Shown here: positions 9,850-21,477 of the stretch, in pieces
Layout of the letters: every line of letters begins with the position of its first letter
Numbering within the stretch: the first letter of the stretch is position 1
Assembly: GCA_004431415.1 (NCBI GenBank)
Contig: QPMI01000601.1
Coordinates: forward strand, 186,001 to 250,000
DNA length: 64,000 nt
Origin: Cyanophora paradoxa CCMP329
Taxonomy: Eukaryota > Plantae > Glaucophyta
Direction of reading: 5' to 3'
Notes under the pieces: generated by a model
The model's database searches: none
What the model was told of the DNA's origin: nothing
What the model saw: the letters and a program-made list of their open reading frames with translations, nothing else
Made by a program: the position numbers and the translations under genes

Positions 9850-12800
9850 CTACCGGTAGGCTAGATTGCCCGAGATAGAGGGCGCGCGGAGGAGGCGGAC
9901 GAGTTGGTCGGCGGTGCGCTCGTACGTCTCGTGCGCCCGCACCCACGCCGCTGCCCGCCGACCCATCGCCCCCGTCTCCGCCCTGTGGGGGAGCCGCCAG
10001 TTCAGCTGCAGTTGGCGGGGCGGGGCGAGGCGGGGCGGAGCAGGGGGGGGCGGCGGGCAGGTCTGACCGGTTGGCGGCGGCCCGCCGCATCGCGTCGACG
10101 AGCCCCGCCCGCTCCACCCGCGCCCACGTCCCTGACCCCAGTCGGTATGCGCGCACAAATGCAACATGAACCGGCGGGGAGGGGATCGGAAGGGGGCCGG
10201 CGCACCGAAGTCGGAGGAGCCGTCGTTCTGCGCGAGGAGGAACTCGTACCCGTCCGCCGGCTCGGGGCTCCTGCGCCCCGCCCCGCCCCGCTCAGATCAG
10301 ATCCGACCCGCCCCTCGGGCCTGAGTCGGGCCGGGGTCGGACCAGGGGAGGGGAAAGGATAAGGAGGCGTTGGCGATGGGCGCGAGGCCGCCGAAGCCGG
10401 GCACGAGCACCGGGATCCCCATCGCCATCGCTGCGCGCCGTGCGGCGAGGGGGCCCGCGGCTCAGGGTCCGCGGCATCCCCGCCCCGCCCCTTCTCCTAG
10501 ACCCATTCCACCCTATCCTTAGCGCCGGGGGCCGTCGCTCCGCTTCAACTTCGGGCCCCGCGGCCTTCCTTCCGTTGGGGGCGCTCCGGCTGGCGCGCTC
10601 GAACCTTCGCGGGGCGGCAGGCCGAAGCCTGCGCCCGGCGCGCCGCGGTCAGAGAGGGGCGGCGGGCGGGGGAGGGAGGGGCCGCAGGCGCTCGCGCACC
10701 CTCGCCCTTGGAGGGGAAGATGAAGGCATGGGCGCTGCGCCGGCGGCTCAGCGGGGGCCGACGGGGGCGCCCAGCGCTGGGGGCAAGGCGAGGCGGGGGA
10801 CCTGCGCATGAGGCGGACGATCTCGCGGCGCGGCAGCGTCCCCGTGTGCACCTTCACCTGCCCCCCCGAGAGCCCATCAGGCCCGGGCGGGGCGGGGCGG
10901 GGCGGGGCGGGGCGGGGCACGTTGGGGGGCAGGCTGCGCCGGATCTTGCGGAACTCGTGGTCCCCCCGCTCCCCGTGCGAGACCTGTCGGCCCGAGGCTG
11001 AGCGGGGGAGGGGGGAAGGAAGGGGGGTACGCCGCCTTCAGGAGGAGCTCCACGTCGTCGCGGCCGGCGAAGGCCTCCAGGAACGCCTGCGCCGAAAAAC
11101 GGGGTACCAGTGGGCGGCGATCGCGAAGGGGGCGGGCTGGGGGGGTATGCACCTCGTACGCGAGGCCGTACCCCTTCCTGCGCGACCGGGTTTCAGGAAA
11201 GGGGGTAGGCGCTGCGAAGACCTGGACCGGGGGCGGGGTACCGGTGGTTAGTCCAGGAGCCGTCTGCTACCATAAGGAAGCGGAAGGGTCCTGCGGGGGT
11301 ACAGCAGAGCAATCAGGGTCTCTCTGCTCGATTTCCGAACCCGGGCCGGCCGCGCGCCCCGCGCCGCGAGCGGACCGTCTGCTGGGCGGGCCCCCTCCGG
11401 GAGCGGCTCAGGCCAGGCGGCCGGGTCCACCCCGAGGGGTACCACGTGCACGGGGACCTGCGGGGGGCTGTCGGCTGCGGGGGTACTCATAAATATGTTT
11501 GGGAGAGGGTACGGGCCTTGACGCCGCCGCGGCGGAAAGCCTCCGCAGCCTCCTCGGAGGGCACCTGGGTACCCTTTAGAGATGGCGGACGAAGCCGCGG
11601 GCCGGGGCGGCAGGGCGGGGGGCGCACGGCGAGGGCGTCGTACCCGTCCCGGTTGATCGCCCTGGCGAGTGGGGTTCGGGAAATCAGACAAATGAGGAGA
11701 GGGAGGCAAGGGGATAAATAGCCGGTGCGGGGTACCGGGGCCAGGCGGCGGGTACGCGTGTGGTCTCCCAGGCGGCGAGCAGCACGCGGCGGCGCGCCTT
11801 CCGCAGGGGCCGGGGTACCGCCGCCCGGTCCATAGACTCCTGGGTAGGGGATCAACGGGAGGAAGCCTGGGAGGGGTACGCGGAGACTTGCCTCGGGCAT
11901 GTGGTAAGCGAGGTAGAGGGGGGCGGAGCCGGGGGCGGCGGCCGCCGACGCGATCTCCTCCCCCACCTGCCGGGTACGCGATAGCCTTGGGTGATAGGCA
12001 CTGGGGTACCCGATCGCGAGACGCGCACTTCGGGGCGGAGCTGGTCGAGGTCCGATTCGGGGGGTACGGCGTCGCCGCCGGCGGGGCCGCGGAAGGGCGC
12101 GTAGCGGATGGGGGTACCCCCTTTGATGAGGGCGCGGGCGATGTCGAGGGCCGAGAAGCCGTACCCCGACGGCAGCCCGAGGTAGGAGTGGAAGACGAGC
12201 TCCGGGGGCGTACGGCCGGGCGGGGCGCAGGGGGCGCCCCCTGGCCCGAGGAGGGAGCCGACGAGAGCGCCGGCGGCGGCGGCGGGGAGGAGGGGGCCGG
12301 GGCCGCCGGGCCCGGGGGGGCTCGGGGGCCGGAGCGAGGCCAGGATCGCCGGGGTCTCCACCAGGCGGGCGGCCCCGGCGTCCGCCGCGCGGGACGTGAG
12401 CAGCAAGTCCGAGACCTTCGCGGGGGGGGGGTACGCCTGAGCGCCGCGGCGGGAGGAGGGGGTACGGGCCGCGGACCTCGATGAGGGCGCGCATGCGGTC
12501 GGTCAGGGCGTGCTGGGCGGGGGGTACGGCGTCGGAGAAGTCGGCCTCGCGGGCGCTGGCGGGCAGGGGGAAGACGAGGGCCCCGGGGGGCGGCGGCCCC
12601 GCCCCCGACGCCTGCGCAAGAGGCCGTGAGCGCAGACGGAGCGCCGGCGCTGGCGGGTGGCGGGGAGGGCGCACGGCGGGGTCGGCCAGGAGCGCGACGA
12701 GGCGGCGGCCGGAGGGGCGCAGCTGCGCGGGCGGGCGGCCGGCTGAGATGGGGCGGGGCGGCGGGGCGGGGAACCGGGCGGGGAGCGCACGGCGGCGGCC

Positions 12801-13481
12801 GCGGAGGAGAGGAAGGCGGAGAGCTCGGCGGGGCGGAGGCTCGCCCGGACGAGGAGGACGGCGGAGGGGGCGGCGCCGGGGCCCGTCACGTTCAGCAGGC
12901 GCAGGAGCCCCGCCGCGTACTCGTGGCTCCACCTGCGCGCGGCCCATTCAGAGCGGCGCGGGCCCCGCGGGAGCAACCGCGCGCCTGGGAACCGTCCCCG
13001 GACCTCCGGGCGTGCCGCCGCAGACGGAGGTCCACGCGAGCGGGCGGCCCGCGTCGGCTGCTGCGGACGTGTCCGGAGCGGGCAGAGAGGACGCGGGAAC
13101 GAGCTCATGCAGGGGCCGCAGGGCGAGGCCGCGGAGCGCGCCGGCGCCCGGGATGGGCCGATCTGGTTGTTCGTGGAGCTGCGTGACCTCGACCACGGCG
13201 CCAGTGTGGCGCTCGATGAGTCCGAGATCCGCATGGTAGATGTCTTTCTGAGCGGCCAAGAGCGGTGGACGCGGGGCCGGACGCAGTGGCGCGCGGAGCG
13301 AGGCGGCCGAGAGCGACGCCGGCTCGCGCGTTGGGTCTGCGCCGGCGTCGACGCTCCGCGCAGGCGAGCTGGCTGCGCGGAGCACGAGGGCCTCGAAGAG
13401 TGCGGCGAGCGCCGTCACGAGGAGGAGGGCGAGCACGGCCCGCCGCACGACGCTGGCGCGCCAGCGCGGCGCGACCGCCAT
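9850..13481 (-). CDS. GT-B fold family 4 (group 1) glycosyltransferase with N-terminal signal anchor, multi-exon
   Basis: SGYGFSALDIARAL, VPSEEAAEAF, VHVVPLGVD, AFLEAFAGRDDVELLLK, AFIFPSKGE / FGLPPRE, MGRRAAAWVRAHETYERTADQL; TM segment AVLALLLVTALAALF. Confidence 0.85.
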
Positions 13482-13766
13482 GCAAGTTCCAGCTTTGGCG
13501 CGTGCCTTGGCCAGACGAAACTGCTTGGTTGCTGCCAGTAACTGCTCGATTTCGAGCCTGAAATTCGAGGACGGTGACGGGTACGTGTTTCTCAAGAGCT
13601 CGGCTGCCAGCTGCAGGCTAGATATCGATTATCCGGCCAGCTGCTGACGAAATATACGTAGCTAGGCTGCCCGAGTACCTGTCGGAGCACCGACCGCTCT
13701 GTCGGAGGCCGCGGCCATCGGTTCACGCAATTCTGAACGCGCCGCTCTGGCCAATCGAACGTAAAG
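13482..13766. promoter_or_regulatory. Short divergent (bidirectional) promoter region
   Basis: 285 bp between head-to-head ATGs; CCAAT at ~13751. Confidence 0.45.
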
Positions 13767-16291
13767 ATGGTTGCCGCCGCACTGAATCACCTAACGCGAG
13801 ATGGCTGGATGTGCGTATGCGTCCGACCGAGCCGCATCTCCGACCGTTGCTGAGCGACCTGACCTGGGCGCGCGTACGCACGCAGCCTCTTCGCGTCCCG
13901 TTCGGTTAGGTTGTTCAGTTTTGGTGCTCCAACCCTGCCGCCACTCGCGACGCCTCTTATCTTATCTTTGGCGCCCGGCTCACACGGTCGACGTCAACCG
14001 CCGCGCCGGCGCACGCAGGACAGCTCAGCGTCGGCGCGGGCCCCGATCTCTTCGCTGGCGGCTCTACGTCCCTAATCGACTTGCTCCGCAGCGCTGGTGA
14101 TCTACCTGAGCGGCATCGGCCTGAAGGACGAGGAGATCGGCCTGCTCCTCACCCTCACCCTCGGCGCGCCGCCCCGCGCGCCCCGCGCGTCTTACTCTAA
14201 TCGATCGCGATCGCGCGGCAGTGGGGGACGCGTTCATCTCGCTGCTGCTGACGGCGTGGGCGGACCGGCTGGGGCGGCGGCGGGTCCTCTGCGCGGGGGC
14301 GCTGCTGAAGCTCTGCGCCGGCGCCGTCTTCGCCTCCTCGCGCGACTTCGCCGTCCTGACCCTCGCCGCCACCCTCGGCGTCCTCTCCCCCAGCGGCAAC
14401 GAGGGCACGCCCCCGCCCCCGTCCCCGCCCGCACGCCTTTCCTTCCCGCCCCCGCCCTGAGACCGAGGCGCCGCGCGCGCGCGCGTGCGCAGTGGGCCCC
14501 TTCCTGGCGATCGAGCAGAGCGCCATCACGCAGCTGCTCCCGGACGACCAGCGCACCGCCATCCTCGCCTGGCGCGTACCCCCCTCCCCATCCCCCCCCC
14601 CTTCCTCCCCTTCTGAGCCGGGCGCTGGCAGGTACAACATGAGCGGATCGCTCTGCACGGCGCTGGGGGCCCTCGCCGCCGGCTCGCTCGTCACGGGCCT
14701 CACGACCGGCTCCCTCGGGCGCGCCCCCGTACCCCCCTCCGAGGCCTACCAGGACGTCATGTGCGACTCCGCCAGCCCGTCCTTTCCTCGCTCCGGGACT
14801 ATGAATCAGCGTACCCCTCTCCGCTAGGATCGTGTATTCGTGCCTGGCGGTGGTACTCGCAGTGCTTCCCCTGTGCGCATCGGAGGCCGTGGAGGAGCGC
14901 GACGCCTCCCGCGGTACCCCTCCCCGTCCCCATTCCTTTTCTCCCGTACCCCTCCCTCCCTGACGCCTGTGCTCCTCCTCAGCGGCGTCGCTCTCGAGCT
15001 CCAAGAACCCCATTCAGGCGTTTTTCGGCATCCACAAGTCCTGGAAGGTCGCCGTGCCCGCGTACCCCTGCCCGCCCTTCTTCCCGTTCTCACCACGTAC
15101 CCCCCAGATCGTGTTGCACCTCTCAGTCCTCTTTGCGATGGATGCGTTCGCAGGCGCCCTCGTTCTTCAGGCGCGGTACCCCCCGGCCCGCCCTGGCGGC
15201 CCCCGCCTGACCCGCCGCTCGCGTACCCCCGCAGTCCATCATCTCGTACTGGTTCCAGGCGCGCCCGGGCGCCGAGTCCTCCCCCCCCCCCCTCCTGATC
15301 GCGTACCCCGGCAGATCGTGTACGGGGCGGCGCCGGCGTCGCTGGGTACGATGCTCTTCATCTGCAACGTCGTCGCCGGTGCCCTGACCCCGCGCCCCGG
15401 CCCCGCTCGAGGCCCTCGAAGCCGTGAGCCCGCCCCGCTGACGGGCGGCCGGCGGGGCAGGCATCTCGTCGCTGCTCGCCGCGGCCGTCGCGGCCCGCAT
15501 CGGCCTCATCGTCACCATGGCGCGCTCCCGCAGGCTCGATGCCTCAGATTTAACTAGTTCCACTGCTAAGCGAGGGTGCAGGTGGTGACGCACCTGCCGA
15601 GCAACGTGCTGCTCCTGCTCGTGCCTCTGGTGCCCGGCGGCATGCTCCCCGCCATGGCCGTCCTCTGCCTCCGCTACTGCATCAGCCAGGCCCGCCCCCG
15701 CCCCGCCCGCCCACGATCGCTCGCCCCCTCCGTCGCTCCTTTTTAACCGCGCCGCACGCACAGATGGACGTGCCCACGCGCCAGAGCTACGTGGTCGCCG
15801 TGGTGCGGGGTGAAGGCTCGCAGGGGCCCCTCGCGTTGTCCCGCTGATCGGGGCGCACCTCGAGGGCAGGTCGACCCCTCGGAAAAGACGGCGGCGGGAG
15901 GCGCGCGCCCCCACTCCCTCCTCGCCTGGCTCCCGTACCCACGCGGCGCGAGCTGACGGCGCCCCCGCCTCGCCGGCAGGGGTGACGAACATCGCGCGGA
16001 GCGTCGGGGCGGCGCTCGCGCCGCTCCTCTCCGGCCGCCTCATCGCCAACCGCGCCACGATCTCGTACCCCTTCTATCTCGCCGGCGGCCTCAAGGCACG
16101 ATCGCCCCTCCTCCCCGCCCGCCCCGTCTCTGAACACCCCCCAACCGCGCGCCCCGGGGCAGATCGTGTACGACCTGCTCATCCTGGCGGGCTTCAAGTC
16201 GGTGCGGCCCCCCGAGGAGCGCGTGCGCGAGCAGGCGGCGGCGGCGGCCGGCGAGAAGCAGCCCCTCCTCGCCGGCACCCCGCGGGGGTAG
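13767..16291 (+). CDS. Major facilitator superfamily transporter, ~15 introns
   Basis: Spliced protein MVAAALNHLTRDGWILFASRSVRLFSFG..LVIYLSGIGLKDEEIGLLLTLTLVGDAFISLLLTAWADRLGRRRVL..SPSGNEVGPFLAIEQ..LFAMDAFAGALVLQ..THLPSNVLL..SQMDVPTRQSYV..GVTNIARSVG. One apparent 1-nt deletion in the T-run at ~15021. Confidence 0.9.
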
Positions 16292-16613
16292 AGCGGCACG
16301 GTCGGCGTGGAACGGTACCCCTAGCTTGGCCGCCGTTCCGGGTACCGCCCAGGATAGCACCGGCTGCGGCTTCTCCCCGCTCGCCCCCGCGCCGCTGCAG
16401 CTGCCGCTGCGCCCCTGCCTGTCCCGGAGTCCGACCGCTGCCTTCCCGGATCCAGTTCGTGGGAGTTAGTTGGCTTCCGCGGGTCTAGATTTCATTTAGA
16501 TCAGTTAGTCGGTTCCGGCTAAATTGCGGATTCTGATTCGGGTATTATGCGCCTGTACAGTCAGATCTAAAGTATCAGTGCTATTTACACCCTGGCCTTC
16601 CCGCTGCACGCCG

Positions 16614-17353
16614 CTAGGCGCCGGGGTCCGGGGCCTTGGGGCCGGGGCCCTCGCCGGCAGCGGCGCCGCTGGTGGCGAGGACGACGGCGCGGCGGTGCTC
16701 CTTGTCGGCGCCGCCGGTGAGGACCTGGATCATCTGACCCCAGCGGTGCCGCGCCGCATCCTGCGAGTCCATCACCCGCCTCGCCTGCGCGCCCCCGCCG
16801 GTTCGCGACGGGGCGAGGGAGCGAGGGACGCCGGCGAGCGAGCGCGCGCGGACGTGCCTGGGACCAGTGCCAGGCGCAGGAGAGGCCGACGGGGATGCTG
16901 AGGAGCAGGAGGAGCGCCCTGTGGGAGAGCCGCCGAGAAAGGAGCGCCCGCGCGTAGTCCCACGCGCCCGCCTCCGCCCGCTTCGAACTCGCGCCCCCGG
17001 CGGCCCTGTCCGCGCCGCTCGACCACGCGCGCTGCCACTGCTCGCCGCTGGATCCGAAGGCGCCGAGTCGCTCGTTGTACGCGCGGCGCCTTGCCGCGTC
17101 GCACAGCGTTTCGTACGCCTCCGAGAGCAGCTTGAAGTGCTCGGCCGACGCGCTGCCCGCCACGTCCGGATGGTGCTGCGGCGGCGCGAGTCAGCATCGC
17201 AGGCGACTACGCGCACACCGGGCCCACGCGCGTTCACGCGTCGGCGCGAAGTGCGCTGCGAACCTTCTTGGCCAGCTCGCGGAAGCGCGCGGCAATCTCA
17301 GCCTCGCTGGCGTCTCGGGAGACGCCAAGCCTTGCGTAAAAGTCGCCCTTCAT
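16614..17353 (-). CDS. DnaJ (J-domain) protein with C-terminal TM segment
   Basis: MKGDFYARLGVSRDASEAEIAARFRELAKK|HHPDV...FKLLSEAYETLCDAARRRAYN; two introns. Confidence 0.9.
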
Positions 17354-17746
17354 GTGGTTCGCCACCGCGTCAGCGCGTGCTTTGAACGACACGCGAACCC
17401 CGCCCAATTCGCTTAAAAATCCTTCAGTGGTGACTCGATGGGGAGAGTCGGCGGCGCGACTCCGCGCTCGCTTGCTTCTCGGCCCGCTTCTTGTCTTTCA
17501 CGTGTACCCGGGAACTTTCATTGAAGACGAAATGCGTTGACCGGCCTCGAGTCCCTCGACCGGTGCCAAGCGTGAGGCAGTGTCTTCTTGCCAGGAAGCT
17601 TAGCCTAGGAAGCTTATGCGCTTTCCGGGATCGAGACCGCCAAGCTAGGGTAACACACCGTACCGCGTGACCCGCGAGATTTTCAGCGCGGCAGCCGCGG
17701 CATTGTCCGCAAGATGCTGCATGGTCGATAGCATCGCAGGGAGGCC

Positions 17747-20700
17747 ATGGAGGGCCTGAGCGAGCGGGCGCGTGCCCCATCGGCATCGTGTACCTGCGCC
17801 TGCCCGCTTCTGCGATCAGCGCCCCTTGTAGGGCGTCAAGGAGCACCTCTCCCGCCTTCGTCTCCCCGTGTCCTGAAGCGGCCGGCCGCGGACGCCGAAT
17901 GCAGCTGCGTCTGCCATGCATCGGTCTTGACAACGCTCGACCTGGAAGGGCAAGAGCCTCTCACCCCTAAGGCGAGGCGATTCACGCTCCCGCCGCTCCT
18001 CCTCGATGCGCCGTCCTCTCTCGATCACCGCCCCCACCCTATTCCGGCAGCCTCGCCGTCCCCTGCCGCAGTGAGCCGCATCAGCCTTCACATCACGCCG
18101 GAGTCGCGGGCGGACGCGCCTCTGGCCCTCGAGAGCGGCGCCCCGCGCGAGCCGCTCTTCCAGCCGCGGCGGGCCTCAATCGACCAGCAGGAGGGCCCGC
18201 GCCCGCCTAGCCGCGAGGCCCGGGACCCGCTGCCCTGCGGGCACCCGAGCGCGGGGCAAGACCCGTGCGCCGCGTGCAAGGCGACCGCGGGCGGCGGCGG
18301 GGCGAAGGAGGCGGCCGTGCGGGCCCCGTCGCTCCTGGAGGGGACCGCGCTCGGGGCCGGCGAGGAGGCGGCGGCGGGGGCCGGGGCGGAGGAGCCGGAG
18401 GCAGGGCAGAGCAGCTACAACTCGGAGGAGGAGGCGGAGGCGGCGACGCTGAAGGCGGAGGAGGCGCACCCGCACGCGCCGAACGCGGAGCTCGACCTGG
18501 ACAGCTTCCGCGCGCAGCGGCGCCTCTGGCTGCAGCGCGCCCTCTCCGTCCTCGGCTTCGTCTCGGTCGCCGTCTCGGCCGCCAGCGACCTGGGCCCCGG
18601 CGGCATCGGCGCCACGGTCTCCATCTTCGGTCCGCGCGCGCCTCTGCTCGACTGGCCGTCCCCCACCCCCGCCCCCGCCCCCGCCCCCGCCGCCGACGCC
18701 CCCGCGCGCAGTCGCGATGGTCTTCTTCCTCTTCGTCTCGCGCTGGTGGCGGTGCGTCCGTTGCCCCGCCCCCGGCGGCCCGGCCCCGGGCCGCCCCGGC
18801 GCCGACGCGGCGGCAGGCACCCCCTCGGGCGCCACTGGTTCCTCTTCGCCGTCGCCTCGAGCTTCCTCTGCATCCACGTGCCCCAGATCGCCGCAGGCGT
18901 GCCCATCATGAAGGTGCGCCCCGGCCCGCCCCGGGCGCCGGCCCGGGCCGAGGCTTCGCGGCGGGGCGCAGGCGGAGGTGCCCTTCGCGACGATCATCGT
19001 CTTCTGGACGGGCGGCGCCGCCGCCTCCTCCCGCTTCCTCTACCAGGCGCGCCCCGCCGCGCGGCGCGGCGCGGGGCGGGGCGGGGGCGGCGCGGGCTGA
19101 CGCGGGGGCGGGGCAGTGCTTCCTGGACGGCTTCGTCGCGGCCCTCTACGTCATCCTGAAGCGCGTGGCGGACCCCGACGGCTTCTACGGCCGCAACGCC
19201 AGCGGCGTCCAGGTCCGACACCGCCCGCGCCCTCGGGCCTGCCGCGCGGCGGCTCGGCCTCACGGCGGGGCCCGCGCAGCCGCTCATCGCCGTGTGCCTC
19301 ACCGCCGTCTTCTCCCTCATCACCGCCTACGCCCGCCTCCGCGAGGTGCGCCGCCCCGGGCGGCCTCGGCTCCGAATCCGCGCGCCCCGCCGCTCGCTCA
19401 GCGCGCGGCGCGCGCCGCTGCAGACGCACCGCTTCTACAAGGTGTTCCTGCGGGGGAAGACGGTGCGGCTGACGGTGCCGCGGGCGGCGCGGGCGGTGCG
19501 CGAGGCGATGCACCGCGCCTCGCGCGCCACCTCCGGCTCCTCGTCCCTCCGGCGCGCCCTCCGCTCGGCCCGCGTGGCGAGCAGCGCCGAGGAGCCCCAG
19601 CCGGCCGCCGGCGTGCGCCGCCGCAGCCGCTGCACGTGCGGCGCCCCCGACGAGGCGGACGTCGACGCCGGCCGCACGCCGCTCACGGGCGCCGCCGCCG
19701 GCCCCGGCGCCGCCCGCCACAGCCCGCACTGCTCCCTGGCGTCGCCCGCCCCGGCGGAGGCGGCGCCGGTGGGCGCGCAGGGCGGCGCGGAGGCCTCCGG
19801 GGACGAGGCGGGGGAGGGGACGTCGGGGACGGACTCGCGGAGCCCGAGCCTGCGGTCGGTGCAGGCGCGGATCGCGCAGACGGGCACCCAGATGGGCCGC
19901 TGGAGCCTCCGCTTCCGGGACGCCGCGCAGGAGGAGGCCTACCGGCGCTGGCGCGTCGCCTCGTACCGCCGCCGCCTCCTCTTCATGTCCTCCTCCTTCC
20001 TCGGCGCCTACATCGCCGTCCGCCCCGCCCCGCCCCCGCCCCATGCGCCCCCCCCTTGACCGGCCGCCACAGAGCCTCGCCTCCCTCTACTTCAACTACC
20101 GGGGGAAGAACGCGGAGTCGGCGCGGCTCGTCCTCTACGCCCCGCTGCTCGCCGGGGCCGGCGCCGCGCTGCTCTTCCTGCTGGTGGCGCTCCTCCCCGC
20201 CGGATGGCGGCTGCTCTTCGCGCGCGGCTGGGGCTCCCAGCACATCGTCGCCGGCTCCATCCTCTGGATCTTCGCCACCTGCGCCTTCACCCTCAACAGG
20301 CGCCCCCCTCCTCCTTCTTCTTCTCTGCCACGCCCCCTCGCGGGGTCTGACGGGGCGGGCAGGCTCCCCGGGCGGAACGGGGCGCTGGACACGATGCCCG
20401 GGACGGACCCCGACCTCTCCGCCTTCTACGCCGTCCTCGCGTCCGCCCCTCCCGCGCCCCCGCCGCGCCCCGCCGGCCTGTCTGATCGCCCCTCTCCGCG
20501 GATAGCCTGGCCGGCGAGTCTGCCTTCTCCCTCGTCGTGCGCCGGCGCCGCGCGAGCCGTCCCGGGCCGGCCGGCTGACGCGGGGCCCCGCCCCGCCCCG
20601 GGGGCAGGCGCTGCGGGTGCGGTTCTTCTGGGCGGCGGCGGTCGCGGCCGGCTCCCTCGCGATGGCGGTCGGGATCGCCTTCACGATGCTGCGCGGGATC

Positions 20701-20895
20701 GCCGTCATCGCCTCCTGCCTCCCCTTCTGGCCCGCCCCGCCCCGCCCCACCCCTGCGCCCCCCTCTGACGGGGCGCCGGCGCGGCGCAGGCTGATGTCGC
20801 TGGCGGCGTGCTGGGAGCTGGAGCGGGAGGACCGCCTCGCCTTCGCCGAGGAGTCCGCCATCCGCCTCTGGACCGGCGCCGACGAGGACGCCTAG
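17747..20895 (+). CDS. Multipass membrane protein (two TM clusters) of unknown function
   Basis: Hydrophobic exons (HWFLFAVASSFLCIH, FLDGFVAALYVIL, LLAGAGAALLFLLVALL, FFWAAAVAAGSLAMAVGIAF) and RWSLRFRDAAQEEAYRRW before the second cluster. Confidence 0.65.
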
Positions 20896-21477
20896 CCCGC
20901 CCCGCCCGCGCCCGCACGTCGACCCGGCCCCGCACCACTAGTACTAGTCGTAGTTTACGTTCTTCTTAGTTGCAGCTGCATGCGTATCGCTTGATCTTAT
21001 CTATAATCATTGCGCCGCATACATATTATATTATATTATAATAAAGTGAACCTTTTTGCAACTGAACGATGCCGCGCTCGAGCGCAATGCTTGCCACGCG
21101 TACGAATTCGAAGCTGCTCGCCGATCGCGAGTCGCCCTTAAGCTTGAGGTTGCGCTTGAGCTTGCGCTGCTCGCCGACGCTAGCGATCAGCGGCTAGTGC
21201 TGCACATAGCGATCGCGGACGCCCGGGCCGGCCGCGGGCAGCCCGGCCCTGCAGCTGGCATATATAGCTATATAGGACTTCACAATTGCAAGACTGGACG
21301 CGACGGTATTCGCGTACCCCGGCGGGCGGGCGAACTCGCCGCAGACCGCTTAGCGAGCGGGGCCGGCGAGCTCCTGATATTTGTTGAGAAAGCGACGAGC
21401 TCCAGGCGGCAAGTCGGCTCCTGGAGTCCCGACGCATTTGAATTTGCGGCCAGCGAGGCCGTGAATCGAGCGTAACA

